From Eledone cirrhosa (Eukaryota), in NCBI GenBank assembly GCA_964016885.1, contig OZ024764.1, positions 15,376,001 through 15,440,000 on the forward strand: a stretch of 64,000 bases of DNA, in the 5' to 3' direction. The notes below the pieces were generated by a model. That model was not told the origin of the DNA, searched no databases, and worked only from the letters and a program-made list of their open reading frames with translations. Position numbers and translations under genes: made by a program. Each line of letters opens with the position of its first letter. Position 1 is the first letter of the stretch. This document shows, one piece after another, positions 62,241 to 64,000 of this stretch.

Positions 62241-63312
62241 GTGTTATATATACGTATGTGTATATATATATATATATATATATACACATACGTATATATA
62301 ACATCCAAACACACACACACACGCATATATGTACACACACACACATATATATGTAATATAGGTGTGTTTGTGTGTGTATGTATGCACGTACGCACATACA
62401 CAATTATCTATATATCAGGGATATACGCCCCACGGGAAGCAATTTGTATATAATAGGGGTTAATTTGAAGCAGAAAAGATTGGGGACCACTGAAGACAAC
62501 AAATCGCCCTTTTTATTTTATTACAATTATTATTATTATGATTATCATAAATAAATAAATCATTATTATTATCACATATATATATATATGCACACACACA
62601 CACACATATGTATATATATGTGTGTGTGTGTGTTCTTCTTTCTGTTTTTCGCTGCTATTTCTAAAGTGTCCATACAGCTAGAAATAGCAGCAAATGCGAC
62701 CAAACAAACTGCACACCCGCAAAATTTTTGACTCGATTTTTGCGATTAAGTAAGACAAGAGTTATCTTTCTTGGCAAATTGTTTAAAAACTTTTCACTGA
62801 TTTTAGGCCAAAGTTTTTTAATGGCCGCCACTTCCGGTTTTTGGTGTGCGTCTACAGGACTGCAGTAAACCTGCTAGAAATAGCAGTCATAGCAACACAC
62901 TCACATATATTTTATATCAGGGATTCCCAACGTGAGGTGCATGCCCCTCAGGTGGCAATTTGCATATAATAGGGGTCAATTTGAAAGTGATATAATACGA
63001 CCCAGTTACACTTCGTCTACACATGTTATCGTGTATCTGGCAGCACCTGCGAGGAGTTTGTTTACATTTTGTTTGTTTGTTTTGATCATCGCTGCATCGT
63101 AGCTTTGTTTAAATAAAGGGTTTCTACTTTATATTACAGTAATAACACTTTCAGAAGACTCGGATTGTTTTTATATTAAAGGGGAACATAAACATATTTT
63201 AGATTGAGGAGGGGCATGTAGCAGAAATATAGACACACACGTATATATATATAGATGTCTATGTGTGTGCGTGTGTGGATGCTCTCTGTCCCACTTTGTC
63301 TATCTTTCTCTT

Positions 63313-63386
<74 letters not shown>

Positions 63387-63397
63387 CGTATATATAC

Positions 63398-63434
<37 letters not shown>

Positions 63435-63757
63435 AGCGAAAAACAGAAAGAAGTACACACACACACACACATATAAATATATTTAAATGTGTGTGTGTGT
63501 ATATATAAATATATACATATATATATATATATACACACACATACGTATATATAACATCCACACACACACCTATATGTAATATAGGTGTGTGTGTATGTAT
63601 GCACGTACGCACACACACCATTATATATATATCAGGATATACGCCCCACAGGGAGCAATTTGTATATAATAGGGGCCAAATTAAAGCAGAAAAGACTGGG
63701 GACCACTGAAGACAACAAATCGGCCTTTTTTTTATTACAATTATTATTATTATTATC

Positions 63758-63794
<37 letters not shown>

Positions 63795-64000
63795 TATATA
63801 TATATGTGTGTGTGCGTGTCCTTCTTTCCGTGTTTCGCTGCTATTTCTAAAGTGTCCATACATGCTAGAAATAGCAGCAAATGCGACCAAACAAACTGCA
63901 CACACGCAAAATTTTTGACTCGATTTTTGCGATTAAGTAAGACAAGAGTTATCTTTCTTGGCAAATTGTTTAAAAACTTTTGCCTGATTTTAAGCCAAAG
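59290..64000. repeat. About 1.07-kb tandem repeat: ~2.7 copies forward, then inverted copies from about 62250 to the window end
   Basis: Marker gcccctcctcaatctaaaatatg near 59310, 60375 and 61459 and its reverse complement near 63193-63215; each unit holds TA/CA microsatellites and ccggaagtggc. Confidence 0.9.

Overview
Eukaryotic, AT-rich, repeat-dense genomic DNA; the SINE, RTE and microsatellite content suggests an octopus or other cephalopod (inference). Two spliced protein-coding genes lie head-to-head. On the minus strand are the first three coding exons of ADCK1 (KxGQ motif), running off the left edge. On the plus strand is an 18-exon gene (6263-54610) that I assembled by hand. It encodes a PLP-dependent class V aminotransferase/cysteine desulfurase-like domain joined, through a His/Cys-rich repetitive linker, to a TtcA-type PP-loop tRNA thiolase domain. 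Sixteen of the 17 splice junctions are phase-consistent; the exon 16/17 junction is off by one base. Intron 11 (about 22.5 kb) is almost entirely a tandem macro-array in which a 5'-truncated RTE LINE alternates with arrays of a hairpin-forming 96/97-bp satellite. Other introns contain hammerhead-ribozyme-like motifs (one complete), long palindromes, a DD37D mariner remnant, CRE/CR1/RTE fragments, SINEs and many minisatellites derived from transposon pieces. The right end holds a Helitron helicase remnant and an inverted ~1.07-kb tandem repeat. Repeat boundaries are approximate.
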